From an uncultured Deinococcales bacterium (GTDB lineage Bacteria > Deinococcota > Deinococci > Deinococcales > JAAFIG01), in contig CAXTTL010000052.1 in NCBI GenBank assembly GCA_964247135.1, positions 1 through 23,278 of the forward strand: 23,278 bases of DNA, written 5' to 3'. The notes under the pieces were generated by a model, which did no database searches, had not been told where the DNA came from, and worked only from the letters and a program-made list of their open reading frames with translations. This document shows positions 9,489 through 17,693 of this stretch, in pieces. The translations under genes were made by a program, and so were the position numbers. Position 1 is the first letter of the stretch, and each line of letters starts with the position of its first letter.

Positions 9489-10421
9489 TTATCGAACGGT
9501 GACATTGCCATAACCAAAATCAGTCTCGAGGTCATTGGTGCGGCTGCCAATGGCTTCGTTCCAAATTGGCGAAAGTCGGTCTATTTTGTTCTCGAGCAAT
9601 GCCCAATCTTCGCGGGCTTTGAGGATGCAGCCACGGGTTTGCTCGAGGGTGTGCTTGTCGAGCGCCTCGCGGTGCAAGCTCATGAGTGCCAAGCCCCAGT
9701 CGAGGGTTTCGGCAACGCCTGGAACTTTGTGAAACGGCATGGCGCGAAGTTCAACCATGACTTGGGCAATCTGAGTGGCGAGACGCTCGGAGATTCCTGG
9801 AAGTCGGGCATGAAGAATCTTTTTTTCTTGCTCGAGGTTGGGGTAACTTTGCCACAGGTACAAGCAGCGCCGCCGCAGCGCGTCCGAGAGTTCGCGGCTG
9901 CGGTTGGAGGTCAGACTCACAAACGGACGGTGCTTGGCTTTGATCGTGCCGAGTTCTGGGATGGTGATTTGAAACTCAGCCAGAAGCTCGAGCAAGAAGG
10001 CTTCAAAGGCTTCATCGGCGCGGTCAACCTCGTCGATCAAGAGCACACACGGTTTGTCCTGCGTGATCGCCTCGAGCAGCGGACGTTTTAACAAAAATTG
10101 ATCGGAGAAAATTTGAGATTCTCGAGCTTCCAGCGTACTCGAATCATTTTCAGTCAACCGAATTCGCAGCATTTGCTTGGGGTAATTCCACTCGTACAAC
10201 GCACTGCTCGAGTCCAGACCCTCGTAGCACTGCAAGCGAATCAATTTCGTCTCGAGCGCATCGGCGAGCACCTTGGCGCTTTCGGTTTTGCCGACCCCCG
10301 CAGGACCTTCGATCAGAAGCGGTTTTTGAATCGCCATTACAAGTTGCAACGCCGTGGCGAACTCGTCCGATGTCACATAACCCAATGCTTGAAAACGATC
10401 CTTTAAACTTGCAAAATCCAT
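9489..10421 (-). CDS. coxD: MoxR-family AAA+ ATPase CoxD
   Basis: Walker A EGPAGVGKT, LIRLQCYEGLD, Walker B LLIDEVDRAD, SDALRRRC; start reassigned to MDFASL (TGATG overlap with the upstream gene). Confidence 0.92.
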   Translation of the reverse strand: MDFASLKDRFQALGYVTSDEFATALQLVMAIQKPLLIEGPAGVGKTESAKVLADALETKLIRLQCYEGLDSSSALYEWNYPKQMLRIRLTENDSSTLEARESQIFSDQFLLKRPLLEAITQDKPCVLLIDEVDRADEAFEAFLLELLAEFQITIPELGTIKAKHRPFVSLTSNRSRELSDALRRRCLYLWQSYPNLEQEKKILHARLPGISERLATQIAQVMVELRAMPFHKVPGVAETLDWGLALMSLHREALDKHTLEQTRGCILKAREDWALLENKIDRLSPIWNEAIGSRTNDLETDFGYGNVTVR

Positions 10422-11608
10422 CACGAAGACACCACGTTTTGTGGCTCGAGGTACGCGCTGGGGTTTTTCAAAAAACGCCGTTTGCAATTCGGGCAAGAAA
10501 AATAGTACGTCACACCCTCGAGTTCGGTGAAATGCACGGCGCTCGCAATCTCGATTTCTTCGGCATCCACGGGGGACAGGGCGAAACCTGGACGCTCGAG
10601 GGACAAACCGAAGACGGTTGAACTTTTGTTTTGAAGCTCGAGATTTTCAGGTGGATTTTGTGTGGCGGCAATGTCGCGTAGGGGCGCATGGCTATGTGCC
10701 CCTACAGGGTCAACGGCGTTTGTTTCGCTCGAGACATTTTGGTTTTTCGCACGGTGGGCATCCGCATTGTACCCGCTCGAGTTCGTGAACATCGGCGTGT
10801 CCGAATCCCTGGCGGCAATGATTTCGGCAAGGATTGAAACGGCAACCTCGGACGGTGTTTTGGCGTTGATGTCCAAACCAATCGGGTTGCGAATTTTTGC
10901 GGTCAGGCTGGCATCCATCCCTTGAAGCTCGAGCAATTCGCGCACTGTCACGGCGCGTTTTCGGCTGGCGAGCAAACCGACAAAACCGACGTTGAAATTG
11001 AGCAGCAACTCGAGCGCGGGTTCGTCGTAATGTCCTTGCGAGGCGACGACCGCCGCCATCGAACCCAGGGTGTTTTCGGGTAATGACTCGAGATAAGCGT
11101 TCAAATCTTGGAGCGCCACGAGTTTGCAGGGTGCAGCCTCGAGATCGCGCAATTCCTCGCGGGTGACGACACGCACCACCTCATACTCGAGCATTCCACT
11201 TAAGGCGGCGACGGCTTGCGCGACGGGCGTGAAACCCGCCACCAGCAGCACTCGAGCGCGGGTGTGCGGCTCGAGGTAGACATCGGCTGCACCTTCGGAG
11301 GCGCAAGTCATGGGCACAACAATGCTTTCGGCATCGGCGGCGTGTTGCAAAGTCTCGAGGGTGGCATCAGGGCGAATCAAAACCAGCCTGGGTTTGCCCA
11401 AACGCAACGCCTCGAGCGCCTGTTTGCGCACGATTTCCCGAGAGCATGAACCACCGACAAAACCTTCCATGCGACCATCGGCAAAAATGATGGCTCGGTC
11501 GCCAATGTGCGAGCTGACCGGAGCGCGTCTCGAGACGACGGTGGCGGTCGTGAACGATTCGCCGTCACGTTTGAGTTGAGAAACCTGTTCAAAAAATTGC
11601 GAATTCAT
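10421..11608 (-). CDS. coxF: XdhC/CoxF-family Mo-enzyme maturation factor with C-terminal YHS domain
   Basis: GFVGGSCS, MTCASEG, VASQGHYDE, VGLLASRKR, PIGLDINAKTPSEVAVSILAEI; C-terminal EGVTYYFSCPNCKRRFLKNP. Confidence 0.85.
   Translation of the reverse strand: MNSQFFEQVSQLKRDGESFTTATVVSRRAPVSSHIGDRAIIFADGRMEGFVGGSCSREIVRKQALEALRLGKPRLVLIRPDATLETLQHAADAESIVVPMTCASEGAADVYLEPHTRARVLLVAGFTPVAQAVAALSGMLEYEVVRVVTREELRDLEAAPCKLVALQDLNAYLESLPENTLGSMAAVVASQGHYDEPALELLLNFNVGFVGLLASRKRAVTVRELLELQGMDASLTAKIRNPIGLDINAKTPSEVAVSILAEIIAARDSDTPMFTNSSGYNADAHRAKNQNVSSETNAVDPVGAHSHAPLRDIAATQNPPENLELQNKSSTVFGLSLERPGFALSPVDAEEIEIASAVHFTELEGVTYYFSCPNCKRRFLKNPSAYLEPQNVVSS
10678..10705. repeat. GTAG-type REP-like palindrome inside a coding sequence
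   Basis: GTAGGGGCGCAT-GGCT-ATGTGCCCCTAC, 12-bp arms with 1 mismatch. Confidence 0.75.
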
Positions 11609-11632
11609 GCAAACCTCGAGGGAGCTGTCCGT

Positions 11633-12130
11633 TCAAGCGGCGGATTGAAAACGTTGATCTTTAAGCACAACGGACGTTTCGATTTGTCGTTCAGGAATGT
11701 TCCAAAAAGTTTTGAGCAAGCGATTTTTTTCTTCCTCTGACACTTGGGTAAATCCGTGCTTTTCGTAAAAACGGATCGCCCAATCCGCCGCCTTCCAGGT
11801 TCCAATCAGAATCGGTTTCTGCGAACTGTCCACCAATTCCCGAAGCAGGATGCCTCCGATGCCGCCGCCCCTGCGCTTGGTGCCGACGTAGGCGTGCCGA
11901 ATCAAATTGACCTCACCTTTGTCCTGAATACCCATGACACCAACAATTTCGTCGTTCTCGAGGAAGCAGGTGAAGCGCACTCCATCGGCGATTTGTCCCT
12001 CGAGTTCGGTTTGCGGCATGTACGGTTCATGCCAACGGTCTGCCGGAATGATGCCTTTGTAGGCTTGGGCAGCATCGTTGATGATCTCGTAAATGCGTTG
12101 AACATCTTCTTGTGTTGCGTTGCGAACCAT
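11633..12130 (-). CDS. GNAT family N-acetyltransferase
   Basis: Start reassigned to MVRNAT (GGAGG SD); LIRHAYV..RRGGGIGG, AIRFYEKHGF. Confidence 0.9.
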   Translation of the reverse strand: MVRNATQEDVQRIYEIINDAAQAYKGIIPADRWHEPYMPQTELEGQIADGVRFTCFLENDEIVGVMGIQDKGEVNLIRHAYVGTKRRGGGIGGILLRELVDSSQKPILIGTWKAADWAIRFYEKHGFTQVSEEEKNRLLKTFWNIPERQIETSVVLKDQRFQSAA

Positions 12131-12149
12131 TGTTAACCTCCTCGAGAAG

Positions 12150-12833
12150 CTAATGAAAACCGTAATCAAATGCTTTGTTGCCGCGTTCGCCGTGTACCTG
12201 GGCGTTGAACGAAATGATGATCCGGTCTTTGTCACCATCGTAAGGCAAAGCTTTGTGATTTAACCACGACGGAAACACAATTAACGTCCCCGCTTCGGGG
12301 GTCACATCGACATTGCTGTCTTGCAAGTAGGCGTTGCCCATGTCCATGTGCGCCCCACCGAGCAAACCCAATTGATGCCCATAAAACCGGGTAATACCGT
12401 TGCTCGAGCCAAGATTTGGGTGCATTATTCGTTTCTCGAGTTCGTCAATTTGCACGTAATACACGCCCGACCACGAGCAATTGCCGTGGTTGTGAATGTC
12501 ATGAAAACCGTAACGGTTGGTGATCTGAAACCACGCGCCGACAATCTGCATTTGCAATTTGCTCGCACCACTGGCTTTCCAGATCGGGGCGTTCATGGCT
12601 TGCGCGATTTCAAACACACTTTGTGAAACAAAACCAAACACCGCCTCGAGTGCTTCAGATTGAAAACGCTCGAGAATGTCATCCGAACTCGAGAACATGT
12701 TCGCAGTGCTGCCCGAAGCGTCACGGTGCGCGTAAAAAAGTTTGACCAATTCCGCGTTCGCCGCCTCGTGACCCGCGAACGAACGCCGCAAGAGTGGTGT
12801 CGCCCAAAGTTGTTGAATGCCGTCTGTGTTCAT
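12150..12833 (-). CDS. Putative 2OG-Fe(II) oxygenase (TIGR02466-like)
   Basis: H-x-H (IHNHG), WSGVYYV, PEAGTLIVFPSWLNH, RIIISFN. Confidence 0.85.
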   Translation of the reverse strand: MNTDGIQQLWATPLLRRSFAGHEAANAELVKLFYAHRDASGSTANMFSSSDDILERFQSEALEAVFGFVSQSVFEIAQAMNAPIWKASGASKLQMQIVGAWFQITNRYGFHDIHNHGNCSWSGVYYVQIDELEKRIMHPNLGSSNGITRFYGHQLGLLGGAHMDMGNAYLQDSNVDVTPEAGTLIVFPSWLNHKALPYDGDKDRIIISFNAQVHGERGNKAFDYGFH

Positions 12834-12915
12834 GGTTTCCTCGAGCCTTGCATCACTTAAATTCTAAAAAATCTCGAGCAAGCAGCACTCGAGATTCCTG
12901 GCATGGCTCGAGTTG

Positions 12916-12940
12916 GTAGGGTGCGCCATGCGCACCCTAC
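12916..12940. repeat. GTAG-type REP-like perfect palindrome downstream of coxG
   Basis: GTAGGGTGCGC-CAT-GCGCACCCTAC, perfect 11-bp arms. Confidence 0.8.
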
Positions 12941-12954
12941 GGGTTTCTCGAGGT

Positions 12955-13404
12955 TTAATTTCCTGCCATGCGGGTTTTGACGTTGGCAAATGTTGCCGAA
13001 ATCAGTTTTTGCGCCTGACCATCGAGCACCCGTCCGCCAACCGTGGCAATCGGTCCGCGCATGGTTGCCGAACCGTTCCAGTCGAGCGTGGTGGTGCTGT
13101 CGCCGTTGTCTTTCAGGTCTGCGCCAGCCAGCAAATCCACCGCGCTGCCAAAGCCACCGCCCGAAATTTTGACGTTCATGCGTTCACCGTCGGCTTGCGG
13201 GTCGAGGGTGATCTTAAATTTGAAGTTGCCACGCACCATGCCAAGCCCGACGCTGACAATGGCATCGAAGTTTTTATCGTCATGAACAATGACTTCTTTG
13301 ACATCGGGAAGGCATGAAGCAACCTTTTGCGGGTCGTTGATGAATGCCCAAACTGCTGCTTTGGTCAGTGGCACTTGTTCTTGTCCGTTGTATTGAAGGT
13401 TCAT
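12955..13404 (-). CDS. coxG: CoxG (SRPBCC/START fold) CO dehydrogenase accessory protein
   Basis: VWAFINDPQKVASCLP, GPIATVGGRVLDGQA; downstream of coxL; AGGAG SD. Confidence 0.88.
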   Translation of the reverse strand: MNLQYNGQEQVPLTKAAVWAFINDPQKVASCLPDVKEVIVHDDKNFDAIVSVGLGMVRGNFKFKITLDPQADGERMNVKISGGGFGSAVDLLAGADLKDNGDSTTTLDWNGSATMRGPIATVGGRVLDGQAQKLISATFANVKTRMAGN

Positions 13405-13483
13405 TGTTGCTCCTGTGTTTCTAGATTTTGGATTTTTGAATCTCGAGTCTTTGATACACCAAAACCAACAATTGCTTGGTCTG

Positions 13484-13642
13484 CCCTCATCCCCAACCCT
13501 TCTCCCGCATGACGGGAGAAGGGAGTTTTAGTCCTACTTTGTGTCGCTCGAGGTGTCCTGTCCTTCTCCCTGCGGGAGAAGCGACCATGCCCGCCAGGTG
13601 CGTTTTATGGTCAAGAAGGTGGCGCGTAGCGCCGAATGAGGG
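13484..13642. repeat. Hairpin repeat copy 3 (13484-13552) plus an inverted related unit (13563-13642)
   Basis: ccctcatccccaacccttctcccgc...cgggagaagggag...gctcgag, then cttctccc-tgc-gggagaag...gtggcgcgtagcgccgaatgaggg. Confidence 0.8.
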
Positions 13643-13702
13643 CTTCGGGTTCAATCAATTGATTCCATTGGTCTACGAATGCGTCTTCTCGAGGCTCGAG
13701 AT

Positions 13703-16051
13703 TTAATCTGCGGCGTGGGCTTCGGCTGCACGAATCGCTGCCCACACTTTTTCGCGGGTGAGTGGCATGTCAATGTGGCGCACGCCAAGCGGTGAGAGCG
13801 CGTCAATCACGGCGTTCACGAACGCGGCTGGACTGCCGACGTTTGGGCTTTCACCCACAGATTTCGCGCCGATGGGATGGTGCGGGCTTGGGGTGACGGT
13901 GTGACCCGTTTCCCAGTGCGGACTCTCGAGGCTGGTTGGCACGAGATAATCGGTGAAGTTGGTGGCGAGGTTGTTGCCTGCCTCATCGTAAGCAATTTCT
14001 TGCATGAAAGCAATCGCAAAGCCTTCGGTTAAACCACCGTGAACTTGTCCTTCGACGATCATTGGGTTGATGATCGTGCCAGCGTCGTCGATGGCGAGGA
14101 AGCGACGGACTTTGGTCTCGCCCGTGTCACGGTCAACGTCCACCACGGCAACATATGTGCCGTGCGGGAAGACCATGTTCGGTGGGTCGTAGTACAGCGT
14201 TGCCTCGAGTCCTGGCTCAATATCCCCAGGGTTGGTGTAGGCGGCGAAAGCAATTTCTTTCATGGTGATGCTTTTGCCTGGTGCGCCCATGACTTGGAAT
14301 TTGTAATCTTTCCACTCGAGGTCGCGTTCGTCCACCTCGAGCACGTGCGCGGCGAACTTGCGGGCTTTCTCACGGATTTTGCGGGCTGCCAGTGCCAGAG
14401 CGCCACCTGCAACGGGGGTGCTGCGGCTGGCATACGTGCCCAAGCCATAAGGCGCAGTATCGGTGTCGCCCTCCTCAACCAGGAAGTTTTGCGGGTCAAG
14501 CCCGAGTTCTTCGGCAACAATTTGCGCCCAAGTGGTTTCGTGACCCTGCCCTTGGGATTTTGTGCCTGTGCGAATGATGCCCGCGCCCGACGGGTGAATA
14601 CGGATTTCTGCGCCGTCAAACATCTTGATGCCGAGGATGTCAAAGTGCTTGCTTGGACCCGCGCCCGTGACTTCGGTGAAGGTGCTGATGCCAATGCCCA
14701 TCAGTTCGCCCTTGGCGCGTTTTTCGACTTGTTCTGCCAAAAGTTCTTTATAACCAATTCGCTCGAGCGCCACGTCCATCGTGTGCTCGTAATCGCCGCT
14801 GTCATAAGTAAAATTGAGCGGTGATTTGTAGGGGAACTGCTCTTTTTTAATAAAGTTCATGCGGCGCAATTCGGTGGGGTCCATCTTCAGTTCGTCGGCA
14901 ACAATGTCCATCGCGCGTTCGATCAGGTAGCTGGCTTCGGTCACGCGGAAGCTGCAACGGTACGCCACGCCACCAGGTTGCTTGTTGGTGAAGTACGCGT
15001 CCAAATTGGCATACGCCACAGGAAAGTCGTAAGACCCAGAAACAATGCCGAACATGCCAGCAGGGTACTTGCTCGGGTCGGCGGCGGCATCGAACGCACC
15101 GTGATCGGCAACCGTATTCACTTTAAGCGCGGTCAGTTTGCCGTCTTTGCTCGCGCCAATTTCGATGTCCATGTGGTAATCGCGGGCGAAGCTCGAGGTC
15201 AGGTTTTCGGTGCGGGTCTCAATCCATTTGACGGGGCGCTTCAAGACCAACGCGCCAGCAATCGCGCAAACATAACCTGGGTAAACTGGCACTTTGTTGC
15301 CAAAACCGCCGCCCAAATCTGGCGAAATAACATGAATTTTGTCTTCTGGAATGCCGAGCACCAAGAACAACGCCGTGCGGTAGACGTGCGGCGCTTGCGA
15401 GGTCACGTAAAATTGAAGGCGTCCCATCGTGTCAAACTCGGCGATGCAGCCGCAAGGCTCGAGCGGCGCAGCATGAACGCGTGGGAAAACCACGTGTTGT
15501 TTGACCACGTGATCGCTTGCTGCAAGCGCGGCATCGGTGGCGCTCGAGTCGCCCACGTTCCAGTTGTAAATGTGGTTGGTTTTGCTCTCGCGGTCGGCGC
15601 GCAAAATCACGTCGTCTTTCATGGCTTTGTACGGGTCGGCAACCACCTCGAGCGGTTCGTAATCGACCTCGACCAGTTCTGCCATGTCGTAGGCGGCTTC
15701 TCGGGTTTCGGCGTAACAGGCGGCAACCTCTTGGTATTGGTACAAGACCTTGCCTTCTGCCAGCACCATTTGCTTGTCCAGACCGTGAAAGGTCGGCAAC
15801 CAGTTGACCTTGTAGGCGTTCAGTTCCGTGCTGGTGACGACAGCCACGGCGCCCTCGACTTTCATTGCGGCGCTCGAGTCGATACTCTTGATGTTGGCGT
15901 GCGGGTACGGGCTGTGCACCAGCGCCATGTACAACTGCCCCTTGAGGTTGATGTCGTCAATATAATTGCCTTTGCCTTGCAAGAAACGCGGGTCTTCTTT
16001 GCGTTTCATGCTTTTGCCCATCGCAAATTTTTCGGTTGTTGGTGCGGTCAT
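13703..16051 (-). CDS. coxL: Aerobic carbon monoxide dehydrogenase large subunit, form I
   Basis: Active-site motif GGVAYRCSFRVTEA (AYxCSFR); GGGFGNK, QGQGHET, GLGTYASRS, EGQVHGG; AGGAGG SD. Confidence 0.95.
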   Translation of the reverse strand: MTAPTTEKFAMGKSMKRKEDPRFLQGKGNYIDDINLKGQLYMALVHSPYPHANIKSIDSSAAMKVEGAVAVVTSTELNAYKVNWLPTFHGLDKQMVLAEGKVLYQYQEVAACYAETREAAYDMAELVEVDYEPLEVVADPYKAMKDDVILRADRESKTNHIYNWNVGDSSATDAALAASDHVVKQHVVFPRVHAAPLEPCGCIAEFDTMGRLQFYVTSQAPHVYRTALFLVLGIPEDKIHVISPDLGGGFGNKVPVYPGYVCAIAGALVLKRPVKWIETRTENLTSSFARDYHMDIEIGASKDGKLTALKVNTVADHGAFDAAADPSKYPAGMFGIVSGSYDFPVAYANLDAYFTNKQPGGVAYRCSFRVTEASYLIERAMDIVADELKMDPTELRRMNFIKKEQFPYKSPLNFTYDSGDYEHTMDVALERIGYKELLAEQVEKRAKGELMGIGISTFTEVTGAGPSKHFDILGIKMFDGAEIRIHPSGAGIIRTGTKSQGQGHETTWAQIVAEELGLDPQNFLVEEGDTDTAPYGLGTYASRSTPVAGGALALAARKIREKARKFAAHVLEVDERDLEWKDYKFQVMGAPGKSITMKEIAFAAYTNPGDIEPGLEATLYYDPPNMVFPHGTYVAVVDVDRDTGETKVRRFLAIDDAGTIINPMIVEGQVHGGLTEGFAIAFMQEIAYDEAGNNLATNFTDYLVPTSLESPHWETGHTVTPSPHHPIGAKSVGESPNVGSPAAFVNAVIDALSPLGVRHIDMPLTREKVWAAIRAAEAHAAD

Positions 16052-16111
16052 TAGCGGTGTCCTCCTAAAGTGATGATGCGGCTCGAGGGTTGAATAACGA
16101 ATCTCGAGTGT

Positions 16112-16612
16112 TTAATCGTCTGCGGCGGCTGGGATGGCTTGGCTCATCACGCCTGCGGCTTGTTGGATGGATTTGACGATGTTGTTGTAGCCCGTGCAAC
16201 GGCAGAGGTTGCCGCTCAAACCCTCGCGGATTTCGTGTTCGGTTGGGTTGGGGTTGTGCTTTAAGAGGGCAACGCTGGTCATCAGCATCCCTGGGGTACA
16301 GTAACCGCATTGCAAACCGTGCTGATCCCAGAAGGCTTGTTGCAGTGGGTGCAATGCCCCACCTGGCGCGAGCGATTCGACGGTGGTGACTTCGTGACCG
16401 TGCGCCATCGCGGCGAACATGGTGCAGGATTTCACGGGTTTATCGCCGTCCAACAAGACTGTACAAACGCCGCAACTCGAGGAGTCACAACCGACGTGCG
16501 TACCGGTCAAACCCGCTTGCTCACGGATAAAATGCACCAGCAAGGTTCGAGATTCGACGGTGGCGGTGACTTGCTTGCCGTTGATTTTAATGCTGACCGG
16601 AATCTCGTTCAT
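16112..16612 (-). CDS. coxS: CO dehydrogenase small [2Fe-2S] subunit
   Basis: [34 protein letters not shown]. Confidence 0.95.
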   Translation of the reverse strand: MNEIPVSIKINGKQVTATVESRTLLVHFIREQAGLTGTHVGCDSSSCGVCTVLLDGDKPVKSCTMFAAMAHGHEVTTVESLAPGGALHPLQQAFWDQHGLQCGYCTPGMLMTSVALLKHNPNPTEHEIREGLSGNLCRCTGYNNIVKSIQQAAGVMSQAIPAAADD

Positions 16613-17484
16613 GCGTTCACCCCAAGACGTTGTAAAGCCTCACGAATGCCACGACCCACCAGCACTCGGGTCATGTCTTTCTTGTATTCGGCGCTGCCGC
16701 GTTGATCGGCGTTTGGACTGGCAATTTTCGGCGCTTCGGCGGCGGCGGCTTTGATCAACTCGAGGGTCGGTTTTTGCCCAACCAACATGGCTTCGGCTGC
16801 CGCGACGCGCATGGCAATTGGTCCTGCGGCGGTGATCGCAATGCCCGCTTGGCGAATCGTGCCATCAGCATTCAGGCTGATTTGCACGGCTGCGGCGCAA
16901 GTCGCGTAATCGCCAACTTTACGTTCAATCTTTTGGTAGCTGCCTTGGGTGTGCGCGTCGGGAATTGGGATTTTCAACTCGAGCGCCATCTCCCCTTCTT
17001 CAACGGCGGTCGTGTACGAATCGACCAAGAATTCATCAATGGGGACTTCACGCAAACCATTCTTGCCGCGCACGACCACCACGGCTCGAGAAGCGAGGCT
17101 GGTTGCCGTCCAGTCTCCCGCTGGATCGTTGTGACAGACGCTGCCAACGACCGTGCCCATGTGGCGAACAATCGGGTCGGCAACGACTTTGGAAACCGCC
17201 GTAATCAAGCTGTAACGCTCGAGAATCCAGGGTGCAAACTCGAGTGCGGCATCGCGGGTGGTTGCGCCAATGCGCAAGAAACCGTTCTCCTCTTTGAGAT
17301 ACTCGAGGTCTTTGATCGGGTTGATGTCCACCAGAACCGCTGGTCGGGCGAGGCGATAACGCATCGCGGGAATCAGGCTTTGCCCACCTGCCAGAACGCG
17401 TCCGTCAAAACCATGCTGTTGCAGGGCGGCAAACGCTTCGTCGGTGGTGTGGGCGCGAACGTACTCGAAACTGGCTGGGAACAT
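16609..17484 (-). CDS. coxM: CO dehydrogenase medium FAD subunit
   Basis: Start reassigned to MFPASFEY (AGGAG SD); [33 protein letters not shown]. Confidence 0.93.
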   Translation of the reverse strand: MFPASFEYVRAHTTDEAFAALQQHGFDGRVLAGGQSLIPAMRYRLARPAVLVDINPIKDLEYLKEENGFLRIGATTRDAALEFAPWILERYSLITAVSKVVADPIVRHMGTVVGSVCHNDPAGDWTATSLASRAVVVVRGKNGLREVPIDEFLVDSYTTAVEEGEMALELKIPIPDAHTQGSYQKIERKVGDYATCAAAVQISLNADGTIRQAGIAITAAGPIAMRVAAAEAMLVGQKPTLELIKAAAAEAPKIASPNADQRGSAEYKKDMTRVLVGRGIREALQRLGVNA

Positions 17485-17630
17485 TAACCACGCTCCTGAA
17501 AATAATTTCGTAACCTCCCAGATTTGGGCGGGGAAGGCTCGAGTTTGGTAGAACAGTTTTGATACTAACGCAATTGAAACAAGAAAAGCAATGCGGTTTG
17601 TATCGTGAATTACAGCATAGAGTAACCCTG

Positions 17631-17644
17631 TCATGTCCACATGA
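17631..17644. promoter_or_regulatory. Candidate operator in the coxM/mocA divergent promoter region
   Basis: Perfect palindrome TCATGT-CC-ACATGA. Confidence 0.3.
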
Positions 17645-17693
17645 AGTCGCTGTGAAATGCTCGGTTCGCAAGCTTCAAGGTTAAACTCATGGC

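Noticed and set aside
9353-9550. Small ORFs over the hairpin repeats (9353-9550, 13476-13706, 5751-5984)
   Set aside because: They are translations of repeat DNA (e.g. SLLPHGGRRVGDEG) and are not credible genes
13703-16051. Xanthine dehydrogenase or form II CoxL
   Set aside because: The active-site loop is AYRCSFR rather than AYRGAGR/AFRGFG, and the order is M-S-L
14978-16054. Long + strand ORFs (e.g. 14978-16054, 14039-14824, 16702-17487, 8194-9042, 2410-3168)
   Set aside because: Antisense shadows of well-supported minus-strand genes, with no recognisable motifs
17485-17640. N-terminal extensions given by the ORF track for coxM (also coxD, GNAT, MarR and the 5226 peptidase)
   Set aside because: Downstream ATGs have clear SD or -10 signals or stop-start overlaps and match family N-termini
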